In this document: piece by piece, positions 13,001 to 28,748 of the stretch
Layout of the letters: every line of letters starts with the position of its first letter
How positions within the stretch are numbered: position 1 is the first letter of the stretch
Source: Octopus vulgaris
Lineage: Eukaryota
Assembly: GCA_951406725.2 (NCBI GenBank)
Contig: OX597830.1
Span: 17,360,001-17,424,000, forward strand
Direction: 5' to 3'
Length of the DNA stretch: 64,000 bases
Program-made: the position numbers and the translations under genes
The notes under the pieces: generated by a model
The model's database searches: none
What the model saw: only the letters and a program-made list of their open reading frames with translations
Told to the model about the DNA's origin: nothing

Positions 13001-13870
13001 TAGAATTCTTGGAGTGAGGCTTTCGTAGTCCCTTTCGTAGCGGCGAATGAGATTGCTAGCCTCTCCACCCATGCCAGTCTCTCCTTCAAGTCATCAGTCT
13101 TCAAGGAGTCATTATTCTTTTTTGATCGCAACTTCCTTAGCAGTAAAATCCGAGGATTTTACTCTTAGATACACCTATCAGAGATGCTAACAGATTCAGT
13201 CACATATTTAAAATGTTATCTTCGGACATAAAAAAGTTGCCAGGTAGTGTGTAACTTTTCTTGCGGGTTTCGATCCTAAATCACAACATATTCCAGTTGG
13301 CAGGTGCATCGTGAGAGTCACTCTCTCTCTCTTTCTCTCTATCTCTTGGGAATACTTTTGTAGATATATCTATACTTTTGGTATGTATATACATACACAC
13401 ACGAGTACATACATATATATATGTATATATTTACGTATGTATTCTCATACATATACACACATACGTATAATGTATATATATATATATATTCCTACATACA
13501 ACATATATTTGTATGTATGTATGTATGTATGTATGTATGTATGTATGTATGTATGTATGTGTGTATGTATGTGTGTATGTATGTACGTGGTGTGTGTATG
13601 TGTGTGTGTCTGTGTTTCTGTGTATTTGCGTGGAATGTGAGTGGTGTATACTTTAACGTTTTCCCACACTGAATTATGTAATCTGCATGAAATTAAATTA
13701 AGTAGGATTCCTGAGAATCCTAAAGACGACCAAATGGATTGTGAATATGATAGATAAATCTATGGTGAGAAGGACATTTTGGAACGATTGAGAGCTGCAT
13801 GGGGAGGAAGACACATACATACGCACACATACACACACTGGCACAGATGCACACACACACGCACACATTG

Positions 13871-13917
<47 letters not shown>

Positions 13918-14074
13918 CACATATAGATTATATTATTTTACAAACTACAGCAGGAAATTCATTCCGTGGCAGAAGTCAACAACGTTAAAGCTTAATTTTA
14001 TACCATTTTACTATATTTATTGAGAACTGTAGTACCAAATCATGCATTACTACCTATAAAATAAAAGGACATTA

Positions 14075-14869
14075 TCTATTATATAAAACCCGTTCTGTCT
14101 GTCTGTCTGTCTGTCTGTCTGTGTGTGTGTCTTCTAGGATCTCGGGCATCCTCCATCCGATTGTGCTCAAATTTGATATGTAGATACCGACGGTATCAGG
14201 GCATGTATGAGTCGTGAAAAAATTACAAAAATCGATTCCAGGTGAGAATGCAATCGATAAAGCCGTTTTTGTCCTGCTTTTCTTCTGTCAACTTGTACAT
14301 AACTGCACCTTCCATTTTTTTGTTGTTTTTGTACAGCTTAAAGGCACGTTTCTCTCCTGCCAAGTTTACTGTTTAAACCATGTTTGTGTTCTCCCAGTCA
14401 ACAGCCTTATCATTACTGGTAATTTAAACACTTCGGTTGCATATTTATGTGAATAAACTCGTTTTTCTTTGGAATAGAAAAAAGTCTATCTTTATTTCTT
14501 CCTTTGCTGGTGTCTCAAATTTAGGTTAAATCAGTGTTTCTCAAAGGGGAGGCCTATGGGACGGTCGGACAAGTTGTTTTGAGAAAATTTGGTTTAAATG
14601 TTTGACAACTCAGCACCGTCCATTGGACGGTGGGGGTGCGTTTTGCTCGTATAATATAAATCTAGACTGCTCTTTTAAGGCAGGCGAGGTCGTCTCTGTT
14701 TGGCTAAGCATCAACAACATCAAGAACAAATGCAATTTATTGACAGAAGCATGCAATGAGGGAGCCTTTAAACAGTCACTTAGTCTGCTAGAAATGGATA
14801 CATACACGCGCGGTCACACACACACATCCTCCCCCTCTCTCTCCCCCACACACACGCACATCACATACA

Positions 14870-14900
<31 letters not shown>
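14075..14900 (+). mobile_element. Non-autonomous Helitron-like element, 5' part
   Basis: A|TCTATTATATAAAA start followed by (GTCT)n, the same layout as the complete Helitron at 53844; 3' hairpin/CTAG not found, so the end is approximate. Confidence 0.5.
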
Positions 14901-14928
<28 letters not shown>

Positions 14929-15059
14929 TGTGTGTAAAATCATGTCCCCAAAACTTGACAATAGGCCACACCATATAATGTCGTAGATGCCTCAAGGAAG
15001 GCGAAATTGTCACCTCCAGAATGTCTTTGATTGTAGATTTGTTAGATCAGGGTTGAAAC

Positions 15060-16348
15060 CCTTGCGGCTAAACAGCGACAACGAGAACAACAACAATATC
15101 CACAGCAGCAGCAATAACCAGAACAATCAGAAGTGATTCTAACCAATGCAGGATCGACAGCAAGAAAAATAGAATTTTGAGGTGAAGCGTAGGCAGTAAA
15201 GGGACCACCAGGACGAGAATGCCCCAAAGAACTAGCGAATCATTTGAACAGTCGTGCAAAGTCATATCAAGTGAAGAAGTAGCCAAGACATTATAAGAAA
15301 TTGAATGACGAGGAATAATAAAATAGCAAATCTCTTGTTGAAATGTTTAACATACACAGATAAAGTGAAAAATATTTAATAACTTAGGCGTAGGAGTGGA
15401 TGTGTGGTAAGTAGCGGCGAGCTGGCTGAAACGTTAGCACGCCGGGTGAAATGCGTAGCCGTATTTCGTCTGCCGTTACGTTCTGGGTTCAAATTCCGTC
15501 GAAGTCGACTGTGTCTTTCATCCTCTCGGGGTCGATAAATTAAGCACCAGTTTCTCACTGGCGTCGATATAATCGACTTAATCCGTTTGTCTGTCCTTGT
15601 TTGTCCCCTCTGTGTTTAGCCCCTTGTGGATAGTAAAGAAATAGGTTTTTCGTCTGAAGTTACGTTCTGAGTTCAAATTCCGCCGAGGTTGACTTTGTCT
15701 TTCATCCTTTCGGGGTCGATAAATTAACTACCAGTTACGCACTGGGGTTGATGTAATCGACTTAATCCCTTGTTTGTCCCCTCTATGTTTAGCCCCTTGT
15801 GGGCAATAAAGAAATAAGTTGCTTGCTTACGAACCACATGGTTCCAGGTTCAGTTCCACTGCGTGGCACCCTGGGCAAGTGTCTTCTACTATAGCCTCGG
15901 GCCGACCAAAGCCTTGTGAATAGATTTGGTAGACGGAAACCGAAAGAAACCCGTCGTATGTATGTATGTATATTTATATGTATGCGTGTGTATATGTTTG
16001 TGTGTCTGTGTTTGTCCCACCAACATCGTTTGACAACCGATGCTGGTGTGTTTACATCCCCGTAACTTAGCGGTTCGGCAAAAGAGACCGGTAGAATAAG
16101 TGCTAGGCTTCCAAAGAATAAGTTCTGGGGTCGATTTGCTCGACTAAAGGCGATGCTCCAGCATGGCCACACTCAAATGACTGAAACAAGTAAAAGAGTA
16201 ACTTATTTAATGATCCAGAAGCATAACTTGAATGTGTCACTGAGTGTAAAAATCCTCTTCACCCCAAGACCAAAGAAACAGGAAATCCCAGAAACTACAG
16301 AGCCATAGCCTGCTTTCATATGTCTTATGAAGACTTAACTGTAATAAT
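15060..16348 (+). mobile_element. R4/Dong-like LINE relic split by nested SINEs
   Basis: Segment PKTKETGNPRNYRAIAC at about 16263-16313; upstream half at 15060-15385; split by a SINE with TSD taactta. Confidence 0.55.
15387..16198 (+). mobile_element. Family A SINE interrupted by a dimeric family B SINE (about 15415-15814)
   Basis: Family A head 15387-15414 resumes at about 15823; inner TSD taagtagc/taagttgc. Confidence 0.85.
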
Positions 16349-16363
16349 ATTGCTTGGGATAAA

Positions 16364-16593
16364 GGCGGCGAGCTGGCAGAATCGTTAGCACGTCGGGCGA
16401 AATGCTTAGCGGTATTTAGTCTGCCGTTACGTTCTCAGTTCAAATTCCGCCGAGGTCGACTTTGTCTTTCATCCTTTCGGGGTCGATAAATTAAGTACCA
16501 GTTACGCATTGGAGTCGATATAATCGTCTTAATCCGTTTGTCTGTCCTTGTTTGTCCTCTCTGTGTTTGGCCCTTGTGGGTATTAAAGAAATA
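16364..16593 (+). mobile_element. Family B SINE (Nin/Deu-like central domain)
   Basis: Head ggcggcgagctggcagaatcgttagc, B box gttcaaattcc, core gtcgactttgcctttcatcctttcggggtcgataaa; more than 15 copies or fragments in the window. Confidence 0.88.
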
Positions 16594-16890
16594 GGTATCA
16601 AATGCCTTTGTCTGATCGACAAATGCTATATATAGTGGTAACTGCTGCTCCCGGCATTTTTCTTGTAGTTGACGAATGGAGATCATATCCATTGTTGAGC
16701 GGTTAGATCTAAAACCGCACTGGTTCTCTGGTAGTACACTTTCTGCTAGTTTCTGAAGTCGTTTCATAACGATCCTCGCAAAAGCTTTTCCAATGATGCT
16801 CCGAAGTGAGATGCCTCTGTAGTTATTGCAGTCTTCGTTGTCCCCTTCACTTTTGTAAAGAGTGATGATCTTGGGATTTCTCATCCTGTG
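16594..16890 (-). mobile_element. RTE-clade LINE reverse-transcriptase fragment
   Basis: IITLYKSEGD..CNNYRGISL..GKAFARI..LPENQCGFRSNRSTMDMI..RQLQEKCREQQLPLYIAFVD.TKAFDT. Confidence 0.9.
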
Positions 16891-17459
16891 GGCTATGCGT
16901 TACTTATGCAAATCGGTGTATCCGATTTAGTAAATCATTCAATATTGTTATTATCTGCACAGTATTATCATGGACAATTACAGGTGGGTTAGATACTGTT
17001 GAAGTTTTAACAAAGATTAAGGAGCGATCTACTTTGACCCCACCTTTCCTCTCCATATCAAGATTGTATACAAGATAGACATTTACCACAGTCCATTGCA
17101 ATAAATTAACTTTAATTTAGCCGAGTGGTGTTAGCTGAAGTCAATCAATTTATTCAGTATTACATGATAGCAATACAAACACATACATACATACATACAT
17201 ACATACATATTTAAATGCTTATAAGATAAACAGGAACATTTGAAACCTTATGAAAATGATTTATGTAAATATGTAAACACCACAACGAAAAGAAATTTAA
17301 GCGATCGATGACAGTAAATGCTCTTCATCGAACTCCGGTCCATATTGAATAAACTAAAGACGTTGGGGCGAGGAAGTTTGTTTCTCCCAAACGACAGTAA
17401 ATGAGGAAAAAGGAATGATAAGAGGAGAAAAAAATAGAATACTTGGTACGGTAGATAAA

Positions 17460-17864
17460 ATAATAATTTCAAATTTTGGCACAAGGTTAGCAATTCCAGG
17501 AGAGGAGATAAATCAATTACATCGATCTCAGTGTTCAAGTGGCACTTTATTTATCGACCCCAAAAGGATGAAAGGCGAAGTCAACCTCGGCGGTGTTTGG
17601 GACTCAGAACATGAAGACGGGTGAAATACCTATTTCTTTATTACCCACAAGGGGCTAAACACAGAGGGGACAAACAAGGACAGACATAGGTATTAAGTCG
17701 ATTACATCGACCCCAGTGCGTAACTGGTACTTAATTTATCGACCCCGAAAGGATGAAAGGCAAAGTCGACCTCGGCGGAATTTGAACTCAGAAACTAGCA
17801 GACGGGCGAAATACCGCTAAGCAGTTTGCCTGGCGTGCAAACGGTTCTGCCACTTCGCCGCCTT
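17460..17864 (-). mobile_element. Family B SINE dimer
   Basis: Head at 17862, two bodies, flanking direct repeat gtagataaa. Confidence 0.85.
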
Positions 17865-18389
17865 CAGTAGATAAATTATTAATTGATGAACATATTATGG
17901 ATGAAGTCAGAAACCAGCATAGAAACTCAGCTCAGTTTTTCTTTAGACTAATAATGCTGTACATCACGAGTTTTTTGTTGTTGCTTAATCAGAGAAAAAA
18001 GCGCAATGCGTCAGAGTTAATTCACACAACCTCTGAGATTGACGGAGGTCATTGTGGTGGTGAAAGAAAAACCCTTCACAACTCTGAACGGTCTGGATGC
18101 TTGTACCAGAATGGACTTTGCTAAGGGCACCCAGGGGTCAGTTGATTATGTTAAATAGGGAAATTGGTGTTGTGTACAAAATACGAACAGTAACTGTCTC
18201 TCCGGTGAGTTTTTACACATTTTAGTTTCCGTTCGACAAAGTTCGGTCACTAGGCTTGGGTTAAACCGAAACTGTTGTAGAAATCACTTACTGCCCCGTT
18301 GTGGTGGTCAGGAGGTTCGAATATGTGACTGTGAAGCCAAGTCCTTAACTACACGTCTATGCCTGGATCATATGTATACATTAGTGGTG

Positions 18390-18764
18390 CAGTGGAGGCG
18401 CAATGGCCCAGTGGTTAGGGCAGCGGACTCGTGGTTTCGATTCCCAGACCGGGCGTTGTGAGTGTTTATTGAGCGAAAACACCTAAAGCACCACGAGGCT
18501 CCGGCAGGGGATGGTGGTGATCCTTGCTGTACTCTTTCACCACAACTTTCTCTCACTCTTACTTCCTGTTTCTGTTGTACTTGTATTTCAAAAGGGCCGG
18601 CCTTGTCACTCTCTGTGTCATGCTGAATATCCCCGGGAACTACGTTAAGGGTACACGTGTCTGTGGAGTGCTCAGCCACTTACACGTTAATTTCACGAGC
18701 AGGCTGTTCCGTTGATTCGGATCAACCGGAACCCTCGTCGTCGTAACCGACGGAGTGCTTCCAC
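18390..18764 (+). mobile_element. Full-length tRNA-derived SINE (family C)
   Basis: Head ggaggcgcaatggcccagtggttaggg; 12-bp TSD acattagtggtg; copies at 43771 and 59292. Confidence 0.9.
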
Positions 18765-19125
18765 ACATTAGTGGTGTGTGTGTGTAGGAGGTTAATGTGT
18801 ATATGTATATGTATATGTGTGCGTCTATGTTTGTGCGTGTTTATTTATGTATTTATGTGTGGTTAGATAAGAGAGAAGAGGAGAGGGAGAAGACAGACAG
18901 AGAGCAGGACAAACGGTGTGGAGAAGAAAGAGAGAGAGAGAGAGAGAGATGTGAGAGAGGGGATGTATAGGGAGAGAAGGAGGAAGAGAAAGAAGGATAG
19001 AGAGAGAGGAGGTAAGAGAAAGAAGGCTACACAGAAGAGGAGATTGAAAGAAGGATAAAGAGTTTAGAGAAGGAAAGATTGAGAGGATAGGAGATAGACA
19101 GATAGATAGATAGATAAATAGATAG

Positions 19126-19193
<68 letters not shown>

Positions 19194-20022
19194 TGAGAGG
19201 CTGAGAGTGAGATATTCTCGTTAATTAGTGGCTGAGATTGAAAGTATTAACAGATGGAGGTGGGGGCGGGAAGCAAACGAATCGCTGGATCTCAATGATT
19301 CGAGGGATTTATTCAAGAGTACAAAGCACTTTCAGATCGGATTCTGTTTGAACGATGCATCAATTACAATGTTACCACTTGAGGAAAACAAGTAGAGAGA
19401 AGCTGAGGTCCCCCCCTTGAGATGGAAGTGTCAAAAGGAGCGTTGGCTTGTACCTTGATGTTATGGAAACCTGGCAGGTCAATAATTCTAAGATGAAATT
19501 GGTTAATGACGTTACAATCGAAAACTAGCCATGACAAAGAATCATACTACGGATGCAAAATCATGTGGCGAACGGAGAAATTTTCTGTGCAAAGACAAAA
19601 CAATCAGTGAAGATCAGCAAGGATTTGAGGTTTTCTTCTTTCCTTTTCTCCGTTTCGATCATGGGTAAAAAAAAAAAAAAGAGCGTCTTTATTGATATTG
19701 GTGTCAAATTTTGGCACACGGCAAAGCAATTTCGGAGGAGAGGGCAAGTTGATTACATCGACCGCATGTATATATATATATATATCTGTGTGTGTGTTTG
19801 TGTGTGTGTGTTTGTGTGTGTGTCTTTGTATTTGCGTTTGTCCACCACCAGAACTTACAAACCGTTGTCGGTTTGTTTACGTCTCCGTAAAAAAGACACC
19901 GATAGAATAAGAACTAGACTTTATAAAAATCAGTACCGGAGGCGATTCGATCGGCTAAAATCCTTCAAGGCTGTATCCTGGCTTGATCACAGTCCAGTAA
20001 CTGAAGCAAGTAAAAGATAAAA

Positions 20023-20122
<100 letters not shown>

Positions 20123-20234
20123 ATGAAGCTACGTAGTAGAATATAAACATGGCAAATTTAACTATTTCTCTGTCGTCGTCGGCGGCGTTTTATCATGTGT
20201 CCGATAATTTATTTGACTTCTTCTTGACCACTTC

Positions 20235-20500
20235 TCCTCTGGCCGTGTTTATGCCTCTGATGACTAATCAGGCCGATTCTTGTATGGAAGCGTCTGTTGC
20301 AAAGTTCACAAAGGATCCGTGGTGGAGGCTTTGGTTGTGCAGCTTCCATTTTCTTTCTTGTCGTTCCTCTTCTTCTTTCCTCTGTTGTTCAGCTTCAAAA
20401 TGATTTGTCACAGTGATGGAATGATGCTAGCCGGGATTGTGTTCAGCTTCAATGTCCCAGGTTATGGGATCGATTCCAGTCAGTTTTATTTCTCTGTAAA
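20235..20500 (-). mobile_element. RTE LINE 3' end relic
   Basis: Minus strand IKLTGIDPITWDIEA...HFEAEQQRKEEEERQERK, then the terminal C2H2 finger CELCNRRFHTRIGLISHQRHKH. Confidence 0.8.
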
Positions 20501-20805
20501 TTGAAAGAAAATGATGAATAACCGCAATCGATTTTCAATTTTTTTTGCGTTCTCATCAGAGGTGTCTGTGTCAATGACTGATATTTGTCAGTTTCCTTTG
20601 CAAGGTCGAATCGAAGCTGCCATAGAAGACAGCCAATGAGCTGCACTCTGTGGTCTAATTCGGATGTACATGCTAAGAAAAATGAACTTCAGAACCACAT
20701 GACCTTCCGGGTTTCAATACACCTATGTAAACTGGGAAATACTCTCAGAAAAGAATGACTTTGAAAAGAATGAAGTTTGTATAAAGTTAGAAAAGACAAA
20801 TATAC

Positions 20806-20858
<53 letters not shown>

Positions 20859-23800
20859 CAAGGAATTAAGCTGGACAAAGCAAAAACACATCGATTTCAG
20901 AATGAAAACTCAGACTATAATACTGTGTAACACGAATTTTGTTCTTGGGTAGCAACTGTTATTTCCTATTTGTTTACCCTTAGAAAGTATTAAAAAAATT
21001 GCCAATATTTCTTTCAAACTTTGCTTTTCTTACATTTATTCAACCAAAGAATCCCTTTCAACACATGGTTGTGATGCCCCCAATCCACTACTCCTGCTCG
21101 TGATCAGAGATGCAAACATTGTCAGCCACTTAGGGAAAGTAACCACTTGACTTTAACCACTTAGTGGTTGCTTGACCGTAACCACTTAGTAGTTAAGGTC
21201 AAGCAACTGGTAAGCAAGCCTGTTGAATTGAGCAGATTATATTTGCTATAACGATATTTCTGCATAGGTGCAACTCAGCGCTGGATCTGCCTGAAGTGTA
21301 ATGGAAAATAGGTAAATTTCAAAACATTGATGTCCAAGTGAGAAAAGCAAAGTTTGACGGGAATAGTAGTAATTTCTTTTGATTTCTAGTTAGAAGCAAA
21401 TATGAAATAAAACTTACTAACCAAAAAATATAAAAAAAGAAAAAAACTAGTGTAAGTCATATTGCAGATTTGTTGCTGTTGTGTAGACCTCGTTAATCTA
21501 TCTTCGAGTAGCCGTGACCAATTCATCTGTTTTTAGATGTATGTAAAGCACATTATCTAATGTATTATGTCCTGTACGATTTGAGGAAAATTTGACTGTT
21601 ATTTCTAGCAAGTCGAGTGAGAACGCAGAGTCTACTTCGTTGGTTTGTAAACTGAAGAATATCAGCAAAACAGATCTTGACACGTAGGACGGAATGATAA
21701 AGAGATTATCCGGCTGAAAGAGACCATCCTGCTCAGTAGGTGACAAAGTAAAGAAAAGTTATAATCGACAAGGAAAAAAGGGAGGCAAAATGTGTCAAAA
21801 GCAGGAAAGTTGTTTATACACGAGCAATATTTTTATTGGTAAGGTAACTGTCGATGAATATGTGTGAACGAATAAGTAAAGTACGGACGAGAAAGGCCAG
21901 GAAAAGATACGGTTCTATTAGTAAGTGAAACAGAAGGTGTTATACTTCGCATCAAATAAGAAATGAAAGTTGATTGTTGAACAGATAAGAATGAATGAAA
22001 TACCTATATGTTTTATAATCCTTTGATGGCTTCAGTTATTACATTGCAGCCATATAGGCATATTGGACACCATTTTCTTTCTCGTCCTATCTTAATTAAA
22101 TATATATTTTATAAATAGTTACAGATTGTCATATCTGGATGCACTTGCATTTAATCAAACTTTTTCTTGATGTAAGTACATATTTACTTTTAAATATATT
22201 TTTTACGATTCCATGTATTTTGTTTCATTTTTTTCTTATTTCTTCTCTTTTCATAGCCTTTTGTCCTATACAATCAGTTTGTCTTAGTTATGTCCCTTTT
22301 GACACGAGCTCGCCAGTAACTTTAATTTACGTGTTTCGCTCACACTTATGAATTTCATTCCTTTTAAACATCAGCTAATGTAAGGAATAGTTTGGATCTT
22401 GTTAAATTTCTTCCAACGTCTTGAACTTTTTCCAATTTTCATCAGATTATTTTCAATGTTGTTTTGCATGGTGATGACAAAGATTGCATTCATTTTTTTC
22501 AAGAAATTAATAAAAAAGAAGATACAGGCGTTTAAAGTTATGTAATTTTAGCCAATCGGAAATCTCAAATGCCAATGTTGTCATGCAGATAGGCATGCCA
22601 ACTAAATCGAAACCTCTCCGCGATTTCTCGACCTGCGTAGAAATAGCAGCCATAGGTTCCTTCAAATAAACCGTAACATCTAAAAAAAACTGATCTCACA
22701 TACTGGAACAGAATTTGGCATATTCGCTTCGAATTTTAGCCCAAAGCCAGCAATTTCAGAGAAGGGAGCAAGCCGATTACCCCAACAAATTGGCCAACAG
22801 TTGGAATTGAACTTGGGACTGCAACAATAGAATGATTATATTATAGAATTAATTCTCATCCGTTCTTGACCTTTGATTAAACACCACCGGGGCATATAGT
22901 CATTATAAACATATTGTAGTCATGCTATTTAGCTCTCTTTAGTTTTGGATCAGAGGCCCAATTAACCCCCCGCAGGAGCTAGCTGAAAAGTCCGCACGGA
23001 GTGCATCTCTTAAGCTAGTTATTAATACATACAATGTGCATGGCGGCGAGCTAGCAGAATCGTTAGCTGGTCTGAGTTCAAATTCCACCGAGATCGTCTT
23101 TGTCTTTCATCCTTTCAGGGGCGATATAATAAGTACCAGTTGGGCACTGGGGTCGATGTAATCAACTTAACCCCTTCACTCGAACTTTCTGGCCCTGTGC
23201 CACAATTTGAAATTAATATATACGATGTACTTAGGATTGCATATACAAAACCTACTTAGTTTCACTGTGAGTTTAGGACCATACTACGAACCATCGGTGT
23301 TTTAATTATGAATGAAAACAAACCTACACCTCCAAGTTTTTCAAATGGTTGGAAGAAATTTAACAAGATCCAATAATTTTATTTTCTTTACTCAGGCTAT
23401 ATTAAATATCTATTTACTTAACGAACGCCAACATATAGTCATTTAATCTAATTTGGCCTCTTCACAAAATATATTACGATAAGCTAAACTAACTTAATAT
23501 CCTCCTTAATTCCAATTTAATGAAAACAACCTTCTATACTTATTTTTAGGAATCTGATTTAATTACGATTAATCCCCTGTCGACTTTACAAATTCTACAA
23601 TATTCTTATAACATATAAACTATCCTTTAAGTTTTACAATCTACAAATGCCTTAAAAAGCTACTATTCTTTAAAATCTTACTATGCTTTAAAACTTTCGT
23701 TTAATTTTAATCCCTAAAAATATTTGTACGTTCGTAAATTTAGAAGTACTTGGATGTTCAGTTTAATTTTAGTTTACTTATAAAAGAAAAGTTACTCATC

Positions 23801-24337
23801 TTGAATTAAAGCTATTAGTTTTCAGCCTGTATCCAAATTTAGAATTTAACTGTCCGGTTTTTTTAAACGTTACTCTATTCCTTGCCAAACATCTTATTTG
23901 TATTGTTTTTCGCTCTTTTCTATCTTTGCTTTTTTTTTTCATTGACGTAAAAACAAAAAAAACTGGAAAATAGTTCTTCCATAAGTTTTGAAGATATCGA
24001 ATTGAATGAGATGAATTTGTAAACTTTATAATTGACATATACTCTGTGTGTGTGTGTGTGTCTACATGAGTTTGTGTGAATGTGTGAGTCTGTGCATGTA
24101 TGCCTGCGCACAGGAGTGCTATATAAACTGCATGGTTAGATGTAGATTATAAAGCTTAAGAAACAATCAAGGCCAGCAATAGCGAAAAACAAACAAACAA
24201 ACAAAGAAACCAACTGCACCAGTATTAAAAACGCTAACGCCATATTTGCTACGACAATCACAACCACCATAACTATAACTACCATCACCACAAGAGCACC
24301 GACAAGAGCAGCACAAGCACCACCGCCATCGCCACTC

Positions 24338-25030
<693 letters not shown>

Positions 25031-25139
25031 AAACTTATATCTCGAGATCATCTTTGGAAAAACGGAGCTCTCCTTATAATAGAAGGAATCACAAGAGATG
25101 GTTGTTGATGGTGCCGTTAGTATTGAAGTGTGACGATGA

Positions 25140-25880
<741 letters not shown>

Positions 25881-26264
25881 AGACAGTGGGGTTGGGGAAA
25901 GAAAAGAAAGAGTGGGAGATAATGAAAGATGGAAGGGGTAGAATAAAGGAGAGAGAGGCTGTGGGTAAGAATTTAGGAAGGAGGTGAAGGAAATGTTAAG
26001 TGTAGAGAGAGGGGGGGAACAGATAATAATAATAATCTCTTCTACCTTATAGGTGTAAGATCTGAAGTTTTCGGGGAGTGGGGCTAGTCGGTTATATCGA
26101 TCCCTGTAGTCAACTAGAACTTAATTTATCGACCCAGAAAGGATGAAAGGCAAAGTCAACTTCGGCGGAATTTGAAAACTGAATATAAAGACGGTCGAAA
26201 TGCCGCCACACACATACGTGCACACACACACACATACACACACACACACGCACGCACATCTATG

Positions 26265-26297
<33 letters not shown>

Positions 26298-26396
26298 GAA
26301 AAACGAAGAAAAGACACAAGAAGAAGAAAAAACAACAACGCAAGGACGTGGTACATGGAAAGTATTAACAGACGCTCAGTGAAGCAAAGAAAGTTA

Positions 26397-26431
26397 GTTT
26401 TACGTTTCGAGGAAAGCTCTTCTTCAGAAAC
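26397..26431 (-). ncRNA. Minimal type-I hammerhead motif in a (TA)n-embedded cassette (about 26290-26510)
   Basis: gttt-CTGAAGA-A-gag ctttc ctc-GAAA-cg-TA-aaac: helix I 4 bp, helix II 3 bp, palindromic ACGT. Confidence 0.65.
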
Positions 26432-26507
26432 AGGACACAGAGGAAAGTCCAAGGGAAAAGGAAGACGGAGGGTAAAAGTCGCCAACAATCCACATATTTT
26501 GAAATGG

Positions 26508-26591
<84 letters not shown>

Positions 26592-26806
26592 TTGTATTTA
26601 GGAATGAACATTTTGCCAGTTTAGCCAGTGTTACTTTTGGTGTGTTTTTATTGGCTAAACTGGCGAAATGACCATTCCTAAATACAACAATATGTTTCAA
26701 CACACGATTTCACATAAAAAATCTTGCAAAACACACACACACACATACACACACACACACACATACATACACACACACACACACACACATACATATATAT
26801 GTATAT

Positions 26807-26843
<37 letters not shown>

Positions 26844-26889
26844 CATATATATACATATATATATAGATGTATATATATACACACACACA

Positions 26890-26965
<76 letters not shown>

Positions 26966-27508
26966 CGCACACACACACACATATATATGTATGTATCTAT
27001 ATATTTGCATATTATATACATGTCTGATTCTGCTCTTTGTAAGATACATTGGTCTACTTTGGAGTAAACTAACCTTTCCAAATAAGAATGGTACGGACAC
27101 TGGGATGTCCGTTGTGCTTGAGTGAAAAGTATTTTATACTGTCCTAAGACTAATCTGCATTAAACTGCTAAACAGAACTTTTGAATTTTTGTAGACATAT
27201 TTCGAAATTCTTGTCGTAAGCTTCGCCAATCATATCGTTCTTTTAAAATAATTCAGTTTTAAGGTACCTCGGCTTTTCCTTGGTACATCATATTGTGCTC
27301 CCTCACATTTTTCAGACATCGAATTTTATTATACATGCGCTATATTTTCACATTCGTCATCCTTATCGCCGTAGACATGTCTTGCAAATCATGTTCTTTG
27401 TTATTTTTATCTATATTTCTTATTCTTAGCTTCATAACTATCTATATATCCCACCACTAAGGCTCTCTGTATATGAATATGCTTGTACATTTTTAGATAT
27501 ACGTCTTT

Positions 27509-27926
27509 GGATCTTTTCGGTTTGAACGGCAGTTTTTTCTAGTGGTGTCATATGAAATTGTCACACATAATTATGACCCTAGTATCGATCTATTGCATTT
27601 CAATCTGTTTTAGGGTTAGGGGTGGGGGAAGGGTATCTTTTTTTCTTCAGAAATGTAAATAAACTCAATCTGTTTCTTAAACGAGGGACATATTCATACG
27701 GCACAGAATGTTTTTTTTTTTTTTACCTCAATAGACGTATTTGATTGGTTGAAATTGCAAAAATTGAAGAAAATAAACAACAAATATTTTACAAACTATA
27801 GAATTTTCTCAATAAAGCCAAGAGAAAAAGATGTTTTATAAACACATTCTACCAGTATACGAAGTTTAAAAGTGTTTAGTTACCTAGAAATTATGTTAAA
27901 AACTGCAGTTTAAACCGAAAAGATCC
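27509..27926. mobile_element. MITE of the same family as 7483-7918, opposite orientation
   Basis: GGATC...GATCC TIRs, 9-bp TSD tacgtcttt/cacgtcttt, internal ttagggttaggg. Confidence 0.9.
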
Positions 27927-28377
27927 CACGTCTTTAGATGCATGCAAGTATAAACATATATATATATATTAGTATGTACCAACATGTGTATGCATGAACG
28001 AGTCTGTTTGCATGTATATCGACATAGCAACCAGACAATTTTGCCGCGTTGTCGTTTGTCCTTTTCTTTTCTTTTCAGGATATAGAATATGCTTTTCATG
28101 CCTGTGTGGTGAATAATTTATTATTTTATTTATATAAAAATTTGATAATAAATAATGATGAACTCACTGGTCGAAGATAACGTATGAGAGTTCAGTTTTT
28201 TTTTTGCCGATCGACCTACACAAATGATTTGTTTATAGTGATAAAATGTTATGTGCTGTACCACTCCTATCAAATCAACGTTGCTTGGACAAAACGAACC
28301 ACCCGGTCTAGGAATTGAAACCAGGATCTCACGATCGGGAGTGCAACGCCCTAACCGCTAGACTATGAATCATCATC

Positions 28378-28415
<38 letters not shown>

Positions 28416-28748
28416 GTACACACACAGACATCTTTCCTTTTTCAGCAGTTTTACACGTTTTCGTAAGTATACTGCAGTTTTATTTATAATCCTTTATTGT
28501 GTCTGTGTGTTCGCACTTTGTTCATTCCTTTCGCTTTCGGTGTTTCTATGATTCTAATTTCTTCCTCGTCCTCCCGTATATTTGTATCATTTTTCTAGCA
28601 CCATGTTAGCTATCAACCATTTCCTTCCCCCGACTCTTTGCTACAAGTCATATTCGATATGTGTCCAATACAACATGTAACACTTTCTTCGTTTCGTATT
28701 TTGCCTTCTTCACCCATCTCTCTTCTAATCTATCGCTGCCCCCTTTAA

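Noticed and set aside
20430-20495. Apparent minus-strand terminal exon after a good acceptor
   Set aside because: The sequence continues into the RTE C-terminal zinc finger, so it is a LINE relic.
21900-23900. AT-rich decayed coding-like sequence (possible old retroelement; similarly 60560-61350)
   Set aside because: Motifs too eroded to assign by eye.
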